Part shown: positions 25,844 through 38,455 of the stretch, in pieces
Layout: each line of letters opens with the position of its first letter
Position numbering within the stretch: the stretch's first letter is position 1
NCBI RefSeq assembly: GCF_006345805.1
Contig: NC_043012.1
Coordinates: 2,728,001-2,792,000, forward strand
Source: Octopus sinensis
Taxonomy: Eukaryota
DNA length: 64,000 nucleotides
Direction: 5' to 3'
The notes under the pieces: model-generated
Databases searched by the model: none
What the model was told of the DNA's origin: nothing
Seen by the model: the letters and a program-made list of their open reading frames with translations, nothing else
Made by a program: the position numbers and the translations under genes

Positions 25844-27846
25844 TAATTATAAAAATAGGATATTTTTTAACTTCGAATGGCTATGGGGTTCCATCCAAGT
25901 AAAATAGGAACCAAAAGGGTCTGCAGACAAAAATGGTTGAGGATCACCGTTCTCCACTTACTAGTAGTGTCACACCCTTTTGCAGATTAAGGAATACTAG
26001 ACATAGTGAGTAGCTTGTGTTCTGTTAAGAGCTTCTGTAATTGTTTCATTTGAGAGAAGGCACAAGCAGAACTTAGTCCTGGCACAAACCTGAATTAAAT
26101 CTCATCAAACCTAATTTTCTTCCTCGTTAGTTGTGTTATAATTCTTTATGCTACTTTTAGAACTTGGTCTGTCAATTTGGTGCCTCTGCAGCAGTTACTT
26201 CCAAAGATTTTCTTGGCCTTCAAAGCAGTTATGATATTGATACTGTTATAATAAGGTGGCAAGCTAGCCATACCGTTTGCATGCTTGGCAAAATGCTAAA
26301 TGGCATTTTGTCCCTCTTTGCATTCTGAGTTCAAATTCTGCCTAGGGTGACTTTGCTTTTCACCCTTTTGGGGATTGATAAAATAAGTACCTGTTGATCA
26401 CTGGAGGCCAGTGTAATCAGCTTACCCCCTCCCCTGAAATTGCTGGCTTTGTACCAAAATTTGAAACCAATATTGGTACTGCTATTATATCAGTTATATG
26501 GAATACTATTATACCAGTCATAAGGAATGGCTCCTTCTTGTATTACTTGATTCACTAGACACATGTCCTATTTCACCAGATGTTTTCTGCATTTCAGCAA
26601 ATATTCTTAATGGTTCAGCTGTTCTCCTCACCTTTGTATCCTTAGTAGCCATTTTGACCAATTGGCTGTCAATTTCAGTAGCTGTTCCTTCCTTCAATTC
26701 AGTCTTCTTAATATAGTCTCCCCCATGTATTCTTCTCATTCAGTGGGTGGGGCAAAAATTCTATGTAAAATGTAGTAGAATTTGGAAAGAATGCTTACTC
26801 TATCTACTTAGAAGGAATTGTTTGTATTTCTTAGTCATAAGGGTTTTGGCTTAGGCTCCCTTCCATCTTGCCTCTTGTACACTAAATATACATCAGCAGA
26901 GCTTTGTCATGGTCACTCAATCTGCTGGAGAAAGTAGGCAAATCTCCCTCAAATCACACCCTACTGACTTAAAAGATTATGTTGGATAATGTGCATCTGA
27001 GATCCCTACACATAGGAAACCAGATTGGACTGCCACGACTGGATTGCTTTTGACCAAGAGTTACAGGGCTGGAGGTAAACAACAACAATTTACCTCTGCT
27101 CTAGCATCTCTACAATCACCCCCAGATCTAGTTTTTGTTGTAACCATGTTGGTATCAGCAGTTTTGAAGCTGACAGAGAAGAGGGTTTCTGGGGTTTGGG
27201 GATTGTTTGTCATTTATTGCATGACTGTAAGATTAAGAGAAGCTTATTTTGCAACCACATGGTCTCAGGTTCAGTTCCAAGCAAGTGTCTTTTATGGCCC
27301 TGGGCTGATCAATGCTTTGTGCGTAAATTTGATAGGTGGAAACTGTGGAAGCCTGCCATATATGTGTCTGTGTTTGTATTTCTCCCCCTCCCCATCACCA
27401 CCATCACTTGATAACCAGTGTTGGTATGTTTACATTCCCATGGTATAGTTTGGCAAAAGAGACCAACAGAATAAGTACTGGGGTCAATTTGTTCAACTAA
27501 ACCTTTCAAGGCAGTGCCCCAGCTTGGCTGCAATCCAATGACTGAAACAAGTAAAGGATAAAAGATCTGAAAACCAGGGAATTGATGATGATGATGCTCG
27601 AGGGGTTTTGATACATGGCAAAATGCTCCAATTTGGTGACCTCACTAGTTTGTGCAGCTCTAACCCGATAAGTTTGGCCCTTCATGAATTTAGGTTTAGG
27701 TTCGTTTTTTATCTTTATTTTTATGGCTGATTGCCCTAAGAAACTACATTATAACAATCGCATTTAACCATTTAAATACCATCCTGCCTAAGAACATTGC
27801 AATATTAAGATGTTCCATTTAGCCGTCTTCATAGTCCTCTATTCCT

Positions 27847-28085
27847 TATTTCTTTATTGCCCACAAGGGGCTAAACGTAGAGGAGACAAACAAGTACAGA
27901 CAAAGGGATTAAGTCGATGTAATCGACCCCAGTGCATAAAATGATACTGGTACTTAATTTATCGACCCCGAAAGAATGAAAGGCTAAGTCGACCTTGGTG
28001 GAATTTGAACTCAGAATGTAACGGCCGATGAAATACCACTAAGCATTTCACCCGGCATGCTAATGTTTCTGCCAGCTCTCCGCCT
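27847..28085 (-). mobile_element. SINE family B (long-tail type) with TSD
   Basis: Full head to aaagaaataa tail; atagtcctctattcc repeated on both sides (about 27832 and 28099). Confidence 0.9.
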
Positions 28086-29211
28086 TTGTATAGAGGAATA
28101 GTCCTCTATTCCTGTGATGGTCATGAGAAAGAGTCCTCAGAAATGCCCTCCAGAGAGTCCTAACAAAAGCTGGTTCCCCAAATGAGACCAACTGAGATTA
28201 TGGATATTATCCATCTCATTTGTAGTTTACCTCAAGGTCTCCTGCTCATTGGTTTTGCTCGTTAAAAATCTGTCCTATTCTGTCCTCAGATTTGATAACC
28301 ATACACCCATGTCACTGGAACTGTGCCCTCTCAACAAAGAAAAGTAATGGCCTGACCTGGAATAATTCCTTGGTCTCAGAGCTATGCACTCTATCAAACA
28401 ATATCATTAAAATGTTCATCTTTAAATAAAATAAGTCTTTATATATCATGAAGGATAATGTGAAACTTCAGTTAGTCAAGAGATAAGTTACATACATTTA
28501 AGAGAACCCCAAAATATATATATTGAAAGTTAAATTAATAGAAACATACTGGCAGTAGCCTACACAGAAATATAGTCATCCAAGAATTAATTGATATTCT
28601 ACTTTACTTGACAAAACCATAAAAGAAATTATGGTTTACAAATGAAAGTGCAGCCCTTTTTTTCTTTACAGAGCCTCTGTGCTGGTGGAAGGGATTATCC
28701 TCAGATTGGATAGCTGGCCCAAATACCTACAAAGAATGAACTTTGTAAACTCCATTCAAAGGCCAGGAGATCACGTTAATCCAAGCAAGAGATTATGTCT
28801 ACAACCCTGGACTAGGAATTGTCAGGCCACATAAAAAACACTGGTAATGGTACCACACACACACACACAAAGCAGCCAGTACACTCTGTAAAATGGTTGG
28901 TGTTAGAAATGGCGTCCAACTGTAGAAACCATGCCAAAACAAATAATGGAACTTGTGGCTCCTAGCCTTGCCAGCTTCTGTCAAACCACCGAACCCATTC
29001 CAGCAAGGAAAACAGATGTATGATGATGGGGGGGGGTTCTATAAACTTCCAGTTTGGTCATTTCTGTCTAACAAGTTTTATTAACAAGATCTCAATCACT
29101 TTGAGGTTGTAAGAAAACATTTTACTTCCTTGTTTTTACTGTTTGGTCAAGGATGGAAGGGCAATGAACATGGCCTTTAAACTGTACCACAACATATTGG
29201 GATCAATGGAA

Positions 29212-29260
<49 letters not shown>

Positions 29261-29263
<3 letters not shown>

Positions 29264-29910
29264 GACAGACCAAGGTGACTTCACCGTAGATGGAGAGATG
29301 ATTCAGTAAGTGGATGATTTTGTGTACTTGGGATCCACAATCAGCACCAGTGGATCAAGTACACCAGAGATACGAAGAAAGCTCGTGATAACGAGGCAAG
29401 CGGTACAAGACATGGAGAACGTCTGGAAGAGTTGTGGCATGTCAATGCTGCTGAAGATAAGGCTACTTCGGGCTGTCACTTTCTCTATTGCAACATACAG
29501 CTGCAAGTCGTGGACAATGTTGAAGGCAGACGAGAAAAGAGTGAGCGCTTTTGAAATGTGGTGGTACCACAGAATCCTTAGAGTGTCATGGATAGAGAGA
29601 AGGACGGACAACTTGGTGCCAGAAAAGCTCGGTTGCGAGATGACGCTTCAGCGAAACATCATGAAGCAGAAATTACGGTTCTTTGGCCACGTCATGCGCC
29701 GGGATGGACTTAAGCGAATGATCATAACTGGCAAGGTGAATGGTAGATGTAAAAGAGGCAGAGCACCCACTTCTTGGCTGAAAGACATCACAACCACAGG
29801 ATTGTCTTTATTCTCTGCTGTCCATGGGATAGAGGACAGGAGAAGGTGGCAAAACATCGTGATGACCACAGCATTGCGTAGTGTGACACCTGACTAGGAT
29901 GATGATGATG
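29261..29910 (+). mobile_element. 5'-truncated RTE-clade LINE, C-terminal ORF nearly intact
   Basis: ORF 29310..29897 has FVYLGS, KIRLL, AFEMW.YHRILRVSW, KLRFFGHVMRR, GKVNG..KRGRAPTSW and DRRRW motifs, then a (GAT)n tail; the 5' end abuts (TA)n. Confidence 0.92.
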
Positions 29911-30017
29911 GAACCACATATATATATTCTTTGTTAAATTCACATCATAAACATTGTGCAGCCATGCCTGTACTCTATTACTATTGCATATTTTCTTTTT
30001 ATTACTGTCAGTTTGCA

Positions 30018-30196
30018 TTCATTGCCATGACTCAATATGTCTTCACAACCATTGCTCAAAATACATTCAATACTGTGACTCAATATGTGCTCATTGCTGG
30101 GTCTCCATATGAACTCATAACATGGCACAGTATGTGCTCATTACCATAGCTGATTATGCTTTCATTACTGTGGCTGAGTATATATTCAATCCCAGC
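30018..30196. repeat. Degenerate 24-bp minisatellite (about 7-8 units)
   Basis: Units like ttcattgccatgactcaatatgtc / ttcaatactgtgactcaatatgtg / ctcattaccatagctgattatgct. Confidence 0.8.
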
Positions 30197-32145
30197 CAAA
30201 ACAAAATCTCCTTCCCTTCTTTCTTAATCTCTCCACCAGAAAAACCACCAAACCCAATATTCATTATTTAAAATCCATCTATAACTAAATATAGTTCCAT
30301 TGACTCTGATACAGTATTGCAACTAAAGGGCTGTGGTCACTGCTTAACCCTCCTTGACTTAGCAGTGGAAACAAAATGTCTACTTCTTGAGCCCTCCTCC
30401 TTCATAGATTACTATAGCCTAACCTAAATATAGAGTGCTTCTATGTGTTCATTTAACCTGATAATAATAGCAGACAGATCTACCTCAAACAACACTCTAC
30501 CATCTAAAATATGTACACAGAGGATACTGTGATCTTAGATATACTGTGAAAGTAAAAAGAGAAAAAAATTATAAACTGGTTGGTCATAAGTGAAATACGT
30601 TTGGTTGTGTGTGTGTGCTTGGTCAGGACAGACCTAGGGCTAAACAATGTCGGAATGAATTAAAGGCTGAAACTGAAGGACACACTTGTAATTACTTGCT
30701 TCGTCTCACGTTATACTATAAATTAGTGGGACATTATATACTTCTTGCTCAGCAACTTAGCATTTAAATCTATAAACTAGACCAATATCTTTAGTCAGAT
30801 AAGACACCAGGCTACTAATTAATATAAATATTCCTGCAAAAGTTTGAGCCAGACCACACCAACAGTCTTCCGTTCAATCTAATAATTAACTTCAACGAAG
30901 ATAATGTAATTATCTGCTGATTATCTGTTGATTAGATATTCTGTCTATTTTAATAGCTCAGTCTATGCTCTAGTCGTTATTGGGTATTTAAATTAATTAT
31001 TCTATTAGGTCAGCAGTTGCTGTAGAGAAGAAGTTAAGGTGCCGGTAAACCACGTCTAGTTGTAACTATTTCATTTCAGCTATGTTACTAATGCTGATGA
31101 GAAACACATAAATACTACAACTGTTCTCCCAAGATTATGGAATTGATTTGCTGTCAACAGTTATCTCTCTTTCTGATTCACTTGTAAGGCTTTTGAATAA
31201 ATGAATTCATGTGTTCTGTTAAGATTTCAGACCTTACTATAAAATTAGAGAAAATGGGATGCTCGCCACTTTAAATCTTTTAAAAATAGCCCCTAAGACA
31301 GGGATTTTTGCAATTTTTGGCTGGCATTTTTTTTACATTATCTGAGTTAAAAAGAACTGATTTTTGGTGTCTGAGGGACTAGAGATGATGGGGATGAAAG
31401 AAACATGCTTTCCATGGTATGGTGTTGAACCTATTTGGAATGATGAGCCCCCAAAAATGAAAGAAACTTAATAATTTGAAAATCGTCTAAAACCTTCAAA
31501 GGGTCATAAAATCTTACTGGTTACAGTAAGCTAAGATTTTCAGGAATCACTCCTCTCATGAATACTAATAAATGGTGTAAATTTGAAGAAAATCTAAGAA
31601 CCTTTGTAATAGGCTCTTATTTCATGAAAGGAAATAATACATTGATAGATTCTGAAAGATAACTCTTCTCTTTAATAAGCATTTCATGTTATTTTGTTGT
31701 TAAGAATAAAAGCACTACATTTCTAATTGCCCAGTTCACTACATTTTCTATTACAAAATAATACTAGCAAACTGGTTTGCTCTGCTGCACTGGGGAAACC
31801 TTTATAAAATTGACTTGGTTCTGGTTGATTTGAAAATGGCAAATGAAAAGACACCCAGGAAAGCTTGCAATAAATAGATCTATGTATGTGGTTTGTCAAA
31901 TATGACTCTTGGAATATTGGCAAAGTGAAATGTCATTAGCCTTTCAGTAAGTAAATTAAAATACCAATGCTGCAGCATGTATGGTGTAGATATTATATTT
32001 CGTACACTTGAAATAGTCCAATGCATAGAAATAAACAAATAAAGTAATGAACATTGTGCATGATGGATGATGTAATAGAAATAATGTAACCCAGAATAGA
32101 CAATATAAGAAATTATACGACATATATTTGCTTAATCACTGATTG

Positions 32146-32217
32146 AACAGGGTGGTGCAGTGGAAGTGTACTGAGCCCTATAATCCAGAGGTCTGTGTAG
32201 ACGGAAGCTGCTCTGTG
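32146..32217 (+). pseudogene. Initiator tRNA-Met pseudogene
   Basis: aacagggtggtgcagtggaagtgtactgagccctataatccagaggtc aligns to eukaryotic tRNAiMet AGCAGAGTGGCGCAGCGGAAGCGTGCTGGGCCCATAACCCAGAGGTC; the T-arm/B-box is degraded. Confidence 0.7.
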
Positions 32218-32280
32218 TGAAGAACTGGATACTATTTTTTATATTTATATCTCACTACTGAGTTAATCAGAAATATACCT

Positions 32281-32495
32281 ATTTCTTTATTACCCACAAG
32301 GGGCTAAACATAGAGGGGACAAACAAGGACAGACATAGGTATTAAGTCGACCCCAGTGCATAACTGGTACTTAATTTATCGACCCCGAAAGGATGAAAGG
32401 CAAAGTCGACCTCGGCGGAATTTGAACTCACAACGTAACGGCAGACGAAATATGGCTACGCATTTCGCCTGGTGTGCTAACGTTTCTGCCAGCTC
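32281..32495 (-). mobile_element. SINE family B, young copy with TSD
   Basis: cagaaatatacc duplicated on both flanks (about 32269 and 32497). Confidence 0.9.
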
Positions 32496-33226
32496 CAGAA
32501 ATATACCAACCACACATATGTGTATATATCTACAGGGGTAGGAACTCATACTATGCAACAGAAATTTATACAGGGTCAAAAGATCAACAAGTGAGCTGAG
32601 TACACCAAAATCCAAGTATCAAAGTAGGCAGTGACTATAACAACAACAACAGGACTTTTTGTTTAGTATATTAGAGAAGAAGCACCCATTTGAGACAGAA
32701 AAAAGTAACAGACCTACATAGTCAGATTCATGTTAATGTCAAACTCATCTTACAAAGAAAATATTTGCAATTAATTCATTCACAATATTTTGTATTCTTT
32801 TTGTTAAATGTCTAGACAACTTAAATTTGATAATACTGCTATTTATTATAACAAATTATTAACATTAGCACCATTGGTTACAGGTTTTCAATGAACTAAT
32901 TGCCCAGTTCACTACATTTCTGAGGTGAGTGTCTGTAATTTGATGCAGAACAAATATCACAAGGAGTTTCATTAGCAAAGAACAAAGTTTCTAATTTTCT
33001 TGATATTTACATCCTTTTGCTGGTTCACACACACATTTTAGTATATATTTAGCCTCTGCCTAGACTTCCTCCGTGCAACTGCATAAATATACTGAGATCA
33101 GTTTTGCTTACACAGTATTTGTAATTTCACAGAGAAAAGGCTTCCAAATATATAAATGCAGCTATTTCGACTTACACACATTGCAGGTATTATGAGTTTA
33201 GAAATTTTCAACATATAGGCGTAGGA

Positions 33227-33389
33227 GTGGCTGTGTGGTAAGCAGCTTGCTTACCAACCACATGGTTCCGGGTTCACTCCCACTGCGTGGCACCTTGGGC
33301 AAGTGTCTTCTGCTATAGCCTCGGGCTGACCAAAGCCTTGTGAGTGGATTTGGTAGATGGAAACTGAAAGAAGCCTGTTGTATATATGT

Positions 33390-33439
<50 letters not shown>

Positions 33440-33660
33440 ATATGTTTGTGTGTCTATGTTTGTCCCCCTCATCTAACATCGTTTGACAACCGATGCTGGT
33501 ATGTTTACTTCCCCATAACTTAGCAGTTCAGCAAAAGAGACCGATAGAATAAGTACTAGGCTTACAATGAATAAGTCCTGGGGTCGATTTGCACGACTAA
33601 AGGCAGTGCTCCAGCATGGCCACAGTCAAATGACTGAAACAAGTAAAAGAGTAAAAGAAT
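33227..33660 (+). mobile_element. SINE family A, full-length (tRNA-like head, CORE-like segment, central microsatellite). Other copies about 11530-11800 (-), 14715-15075 (+), 17150-17480 (+), 27235-27560 (+), 47050-47370 (-), 48845-49230 (-), 54015-54365 (+), 55040-55476 (-), 56620-56790 (+), 56845-57185 (-), 62935-63100 (+)
   Basis: A box tggctgtgtgg, B box ggttcactcc, caccttgggcaagtgtctt, (AAAAGAGT)n tail. Confidence 0.92.
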
Positions 33661-34319
33661 ATAGTATTTTAAATTTTGATATTAAACCTAATGACAGAAA
33701 AAAAAAGCTGGTATAACAGTAGAATTATGAATAGTTAATAGAAAAAATCAAATATACCAAGAAACTTGAAAACAGAAGTACAAAGGCGTTGAGTTGGCAC
33801 AAAATAGTATTTCTATTGTTAGGCTCATAAGTGATACAAACCAGATTATATTTCATCTCAGTAAATTGTCTCTTATGATTTGTAACAACTAACACACTGA
33901 TAAAATAAACGCAGAATGCGATCTTGAAAATATTTAATACATAGCTGTGAATATAAATATTATTTCTAATGATTCTAGCCATTTAATAACAGAAAACAAA
34001 ACTGTTAAATTCACTTTTAATGTAGCAGAGAAGAAAGAGATGGGATGGTCTTTTTCATGGCAATGTTTTATTACTAGATGACAGTTGAGCGATGAAAATT
34101 CGTCACAGAAACATATTCCAACTTAGCTGGAACAGTAAATGTATGAGTCATGTCTTGCCATTATGTCGTGTACCTGTGTGTGCACAGGTTTGTGTGATCA
34201 GGACTGATTCAAGAGTTATACAATTCAAAAACCATGAGATTTTCTGTATAGAGATGAATAAACAGCCTGCCAAACGATTACCCTAATAATAATAATAATG
34301 ATAATTATAATAATAATAA

Positions 34320-34862
34320 ACCTTTCTACTGTAGGCACAAGGCCTGCAATTTTGGGATTACATCGATCCCAGTGTTTCACTGGTACTTAATTTATCGACA
34401 ATGAGGATAATAATAATGGTTTCAAATTTTGGCACAAGGCCAGTGATTTTGGGAGAAGGTAAGTCAATTACACCGACCCACAACACTCAACTGGTGCTTA
34501 TTTTAGTGTCCCCAAAAGGATGAAAAGCAAAGTCAGTCTTGTTAAAATTTGAACCCAGAACATAAACTAGAAGAAATACCACTAAGCATTATGCCTGGGG
34601 TGGTAACGATTCTGTCAGCTTGTAACCTTAATAATAATAAAAATAATCCTTTCTACCAGAAGCACAAGGGCTGAGATTTGGTGATGTGGTGGGGCTAGTT
34701 GATTATATTGACCCCAGTGCTCTGTACTGGTACTTATTTCATCAACCCTAAAAAGATGAAAGGCAAAGCCAACCTCAGTGGATTTGAACTCAGAACTTAC
34801 AGATGGACAAAACACTGCTAAGCATTTTGTCTGACAAGTTAACGACTCTTCCAGCTCACTCC
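34320..34862 (-). mobile_element. Three tandem degraded SINE family B (short-tail) copies separated by (TAA)n
   Basis: Repeated ..ggcacaaggcc..gattacat.gaccccagtg..ctggtactta.tt.atc.ac..gaaag.atgaaaggcaaag. Confidence 0.75.
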
Positions 34863-34864
34863 AA

Positions 34865-35867
34865 TAATAAGAGGGCGATAGCGTCACGCGACCTTGAATA
34901 GGTCCGTAGTACCACCGTCCTTCTCTCAAGGCTTTCAATCCATTGCTTAGGTGGGATCACCTCCCATTCTAAGGCACTTTTTGCATTTGCCATGTTAAAA
35001 ATCAATTCAAAAGAAGGAAAGTCCAAATGAATTAACAAGTCCAAAAAGAAATAAACGAGTCAGTTCAAAAAATATGAATAAAAAATAAAATTCAAAAGAA
35101 ACGCAAAAACATCTCCAAAAAGAAAGAAAAAACAGAAGGATAGAGAAAAGAAAAACAGTTCACACAGCAAACATCAATGGCCAACAGGTACTCCTGGCCA
35201 ACTTCAACAAGTTTCAATGGCAAAATCCAGTAAGTTCGGGCGAAAATACGCCCCCCCCCCCGCCTTTTTTTTCCCAATACAAAAAATAACAAACAGCAGC
35301 AGGCAGAATTACCACGGAGCTGGGCGAAATTTATCAACACACAAACAATTACTATTTGACAAATTACACCCAGCTCAAGCGAAAACAAAACCACCTACCT
35401 CTGCGGTCTTATGCTGATGTTCTTTTTTCTTTCAGTTCAATATTGGACAGAGCCAACACACTCACGTCCACCTTGCAAAAATAGTCCTTCCTGCCTTGGT
35501 ACTCCTTGGTAATCCAGTGGAAATTCACAGACCCGAAGACAATTTTCGTAAAGAAATTAATTTTTGCGGAGGGGCTACGCCTCCTTAAAAACACAATTCT
35601 CACAGCAAAGTGAGTCTTTATGGACGACCACAGGCAGGCAAATGCCTGGAGAAGAGTGGAGACCGTTGCTCGCCAAAAAATATTCAATACAGGGCAACAA
35701 ACTCCACTAAGCCCTCAAAAAATACAACAAACGCCTACCTGTAGTCGAGCCTCAAAAGTTCAATTTTTCACGAACGACGTGACTTCTTCGGTGCACAACA
35801 CAATGGCACATGCGCACACCGACAACAAAGAACCATGGGAAGTCTCAAAGCCTCATGGGAAGCAAAG
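34865..35867 (-). mobile_element. 5' part (UTR + ORF1 start) of a Tx1/L1-like element joined to a SINE-A head
   Basis: SINE-A head at 35868-35897; ORF1 start MANAKSALEWEVIPPKQWIESLERRTVVLRTYSRSRD is similar to LSPPKRIMEQMERKTITYRMHS in the 52-kb element; the 3' part is missing. Confidence 0.6.
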
Positions 35868-36278
35868 TTACTTACCACACAGCCACTCCTGCGCCTATGT
35901 TAATTTGATTTACCCAGGAAGACTGAAACGTCGAAATATTTGAACACTGGTCTTCCATCGGTTACGATGACAAGTGTTCGAGTTGATTCGATCAACAGAA
36001 CAGCTTGCTCATGAAATTAACGTGCAAGTGGCTGAGCACTCCACAGACACGCGTACCCTTAACGTAGTTCTCGGGGAGATTCTGCGTGACACAGTGTGTG
36101 ACAAGGCTGGCACTTTGAAATACAGGTACAATTAATCTTTGGCAGCTGAGTGAACTGGAGCAACGTGAAATAAAGTGTCTTGCTCAAGGACACAACGCGC
36201 CACCAGGAATCAAACATACAGTGTCTAGAGGAGAACTGAAGTTAACAGAACCAACACTGACTTCCTGATATTATAAAG

Positions 36279-36650
36279 GCAGCGAGCTGGCAGAATCGTT
36301 AGCACGTCGGGCGAAATGCTTAGCAGTATTTCGTCTGCGTTACGTTGTGAGTTCAAATTCCGCCGAGGTCGACTTTGCCTTTCATCCTTTCGGGGTCGAT
36401 AAATTAAGTACCAGTTACGCACTGGCGTCGATGTAATCGACTTAATACCTATGTCTGTCCTTGTTTGACCCCTCTGTGTTTAGCTCCTTGTGGGTAGTAA
36501 AGAAATAGGTATGAGTTCAAATTCCGCCGAGGTCAACTTTGCCTTTCATCCTTTCGGGATCGATAAATTAAGTACCAATGAAACATTGGGGTCGAGTAAC
36601 CGACTAATCCCCTCCCCTAATTTCAGGCCCGGTGCCTATAGCAGTAAGGA
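36279..36650 (+). mobile_element. SINE family B head-to-tail dimer
   Basis: The first unit ends aaagaaata and joins ggtat-gagttcaaattccgccgagg of a short-tail second unit. Confidence 0.85.
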
Positions 36651-37408
36651 TTTTAAAGAATTATCTTGTTCGATAAAGGTTTCACTGAACGTATGATTCC
36701 TTCTCGATCATTCCAGAACTCCTCTCGTGCTCTATGATTTACTTAAGCTTTTTTTTTACCAGAACTTCAAAGGAAGTTAACTTATTGCACTCGATATTCC
36801 TTACATAATTAGTGTGGGACTGCCCAACAGTTTATTAAGTGCAAATTCATTATAACGATAAATATTTATTTATGCTCCTGTACTAATTAATGTAATAGAT
36901 GAGTGTGGTTGGATATGAAGTGAGTGTGGTTATATGCACATTGGGAATTCGTCAGGCGTCAAGAAGTGTCATCGTCTTGTCGCCTGAACATTTATGTATT
37001 TATTATAATTAGTCTAATACATCCTACGGGAAGAGAAAATTAAACGTGAACAGAGATTCTCATTAGAAACCTAAGACCAACCAACAGCGTATGCCTTATG
37101 CCTTTCTTTTTCTTTATCATACTGTCTTCACATTTGTTTCACATCTCCCCGCTCCCATTTCGTATTTTCTTTATTCCCCGCGCTGGTTTTTACTCTCACG
37201 TCCTCGCTCACAAATTTATCTTTTCTATCATTCTCTAACAGTTTTTTAAAATTTTCTCATCTCCTATTTCTTATCCACTTCTGTTTCTTCTTCTCCCTCC
37301 ACCTATGCGACACGTTATAGACCTTTTCGATTCGTTTCTGATGATCGAGAACATAGATATAATATAGAAGAATAGTTTAATCCAGTATGCATCTATGAAA
37401 CTCTAAAG

Positions 37409-37739
37409 CAGAGGTTCTCAACCACTTTTTATCTATGGAGCCCTTTGATTAATATTTTATTCTGGTGAACTCCCAATAGCCATTCGATGTTTAAAAACAA
37501 GTTTCATGGACGCTTCTTTCAAAATTACTATTTTATTTTTCACACATTAACGTGTGTAGGTCGAACTACGTAAAATGTTAGAGAAAGAAACCCAGCTGTT
37601 ACTTGCAATAAATATTAATACATCTTAATCAAAATCTTCTATTGTGGATCCTCAATACACTGTTTTATTGCTGGGTGGACTCCTTAAAAAATCTTATATG
37701 ATCCTCAGGAGCCATATCGATCCCGGTTGAGAACCACTG
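37409..37739. mobile_element. hAT (Charlie-type) MITE
   Basis: TIRs CAGAGGTTCTCAACC / GGTTGAGAACCACTG; perfect 8-bp TSD ctctaaag at 37401-37408 and 37740-37747. Confidence 0.92.
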
Positions 37740-37819
37740 CTCTAAAGCATCGCAAACAAATTAACCCCCTTTGATTCTACAACCGCCTAAATAGACACAC
37801 CAACTCACATCGCTGAACA

Positions 37820-38100
37820 ACTGGACGTAATTCACTATGGATTACAGAGCCTCTTCACTAGCGTTCCCATGATAGAAACTATATGCATAAATATCGGACA
37901 AGGTGTATAAACATCCAACAATAAAAGTACACCAAAGAGTGTCTTTAGAAAGCACCTGGTGGCCTCAAAATTGAGATTTCCTTCTGTTGTCCCCAGGGAA
38001 ACCTATGCACCCAATAGAAAGGAGTGTCTATGGGTCTTCTATTTAAACCCACATTTCTGGTGTTCTAAATGGCCATCGTTCTAAACAAAATTATTCATGA
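37820..38100 (+). mobile_element. Degraded Penelope-like reverse transcriptase fragment
   Basis: Translates to LQSLFTSVPMIETI and Q*KGVSMGLLFKPTF, resembling PLE RT motifs SLFTNVP and QxxGVxMGSPL. Confidence 0.55.
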
Positions 38101-38455
38101 ACATAGTCATATCATCTTTACCCAATATACAGACGACATTTCCTGTGGTAAGGATAAAAAAATTGGCAAGTAAACTTTAAAAAAAGATTTCGGAAATAAT
38201 TCCATAATTTACTTATTTAACATAAGTCTCGAATGAATTCAGACGAAACAGCCATTCTCCTTTTAATATTAACACAGGAATAAAAAAATAATTTCTATAT
38301 TTACAAAAAACGTCAACTATGCACGAGAATTGTGAGTGTCCCCAGAAATATAAAACATATGTGGGGCAAGCTTTTAAATTTCTATTCAGAAATAGTCGAC
38401 AGAAAAACGTTTGTTAATAACGCTACTAACCTACAATCAAATTCCACACACATAC

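Noticed and set aside
26518-26739. 73-aa protein-like minus-strand ORF
   Set aside because: The nearest acceptor (26761) meets stops in all three frames; no family recognised.
33725-33982. 85-aa hydrophobic ORF MARIIRNNIY.. resembling a membrane protein start
   Set aside because: AT-rich DNA gives such ORFs by chance; no recognisable domain or convincing splice continuation.
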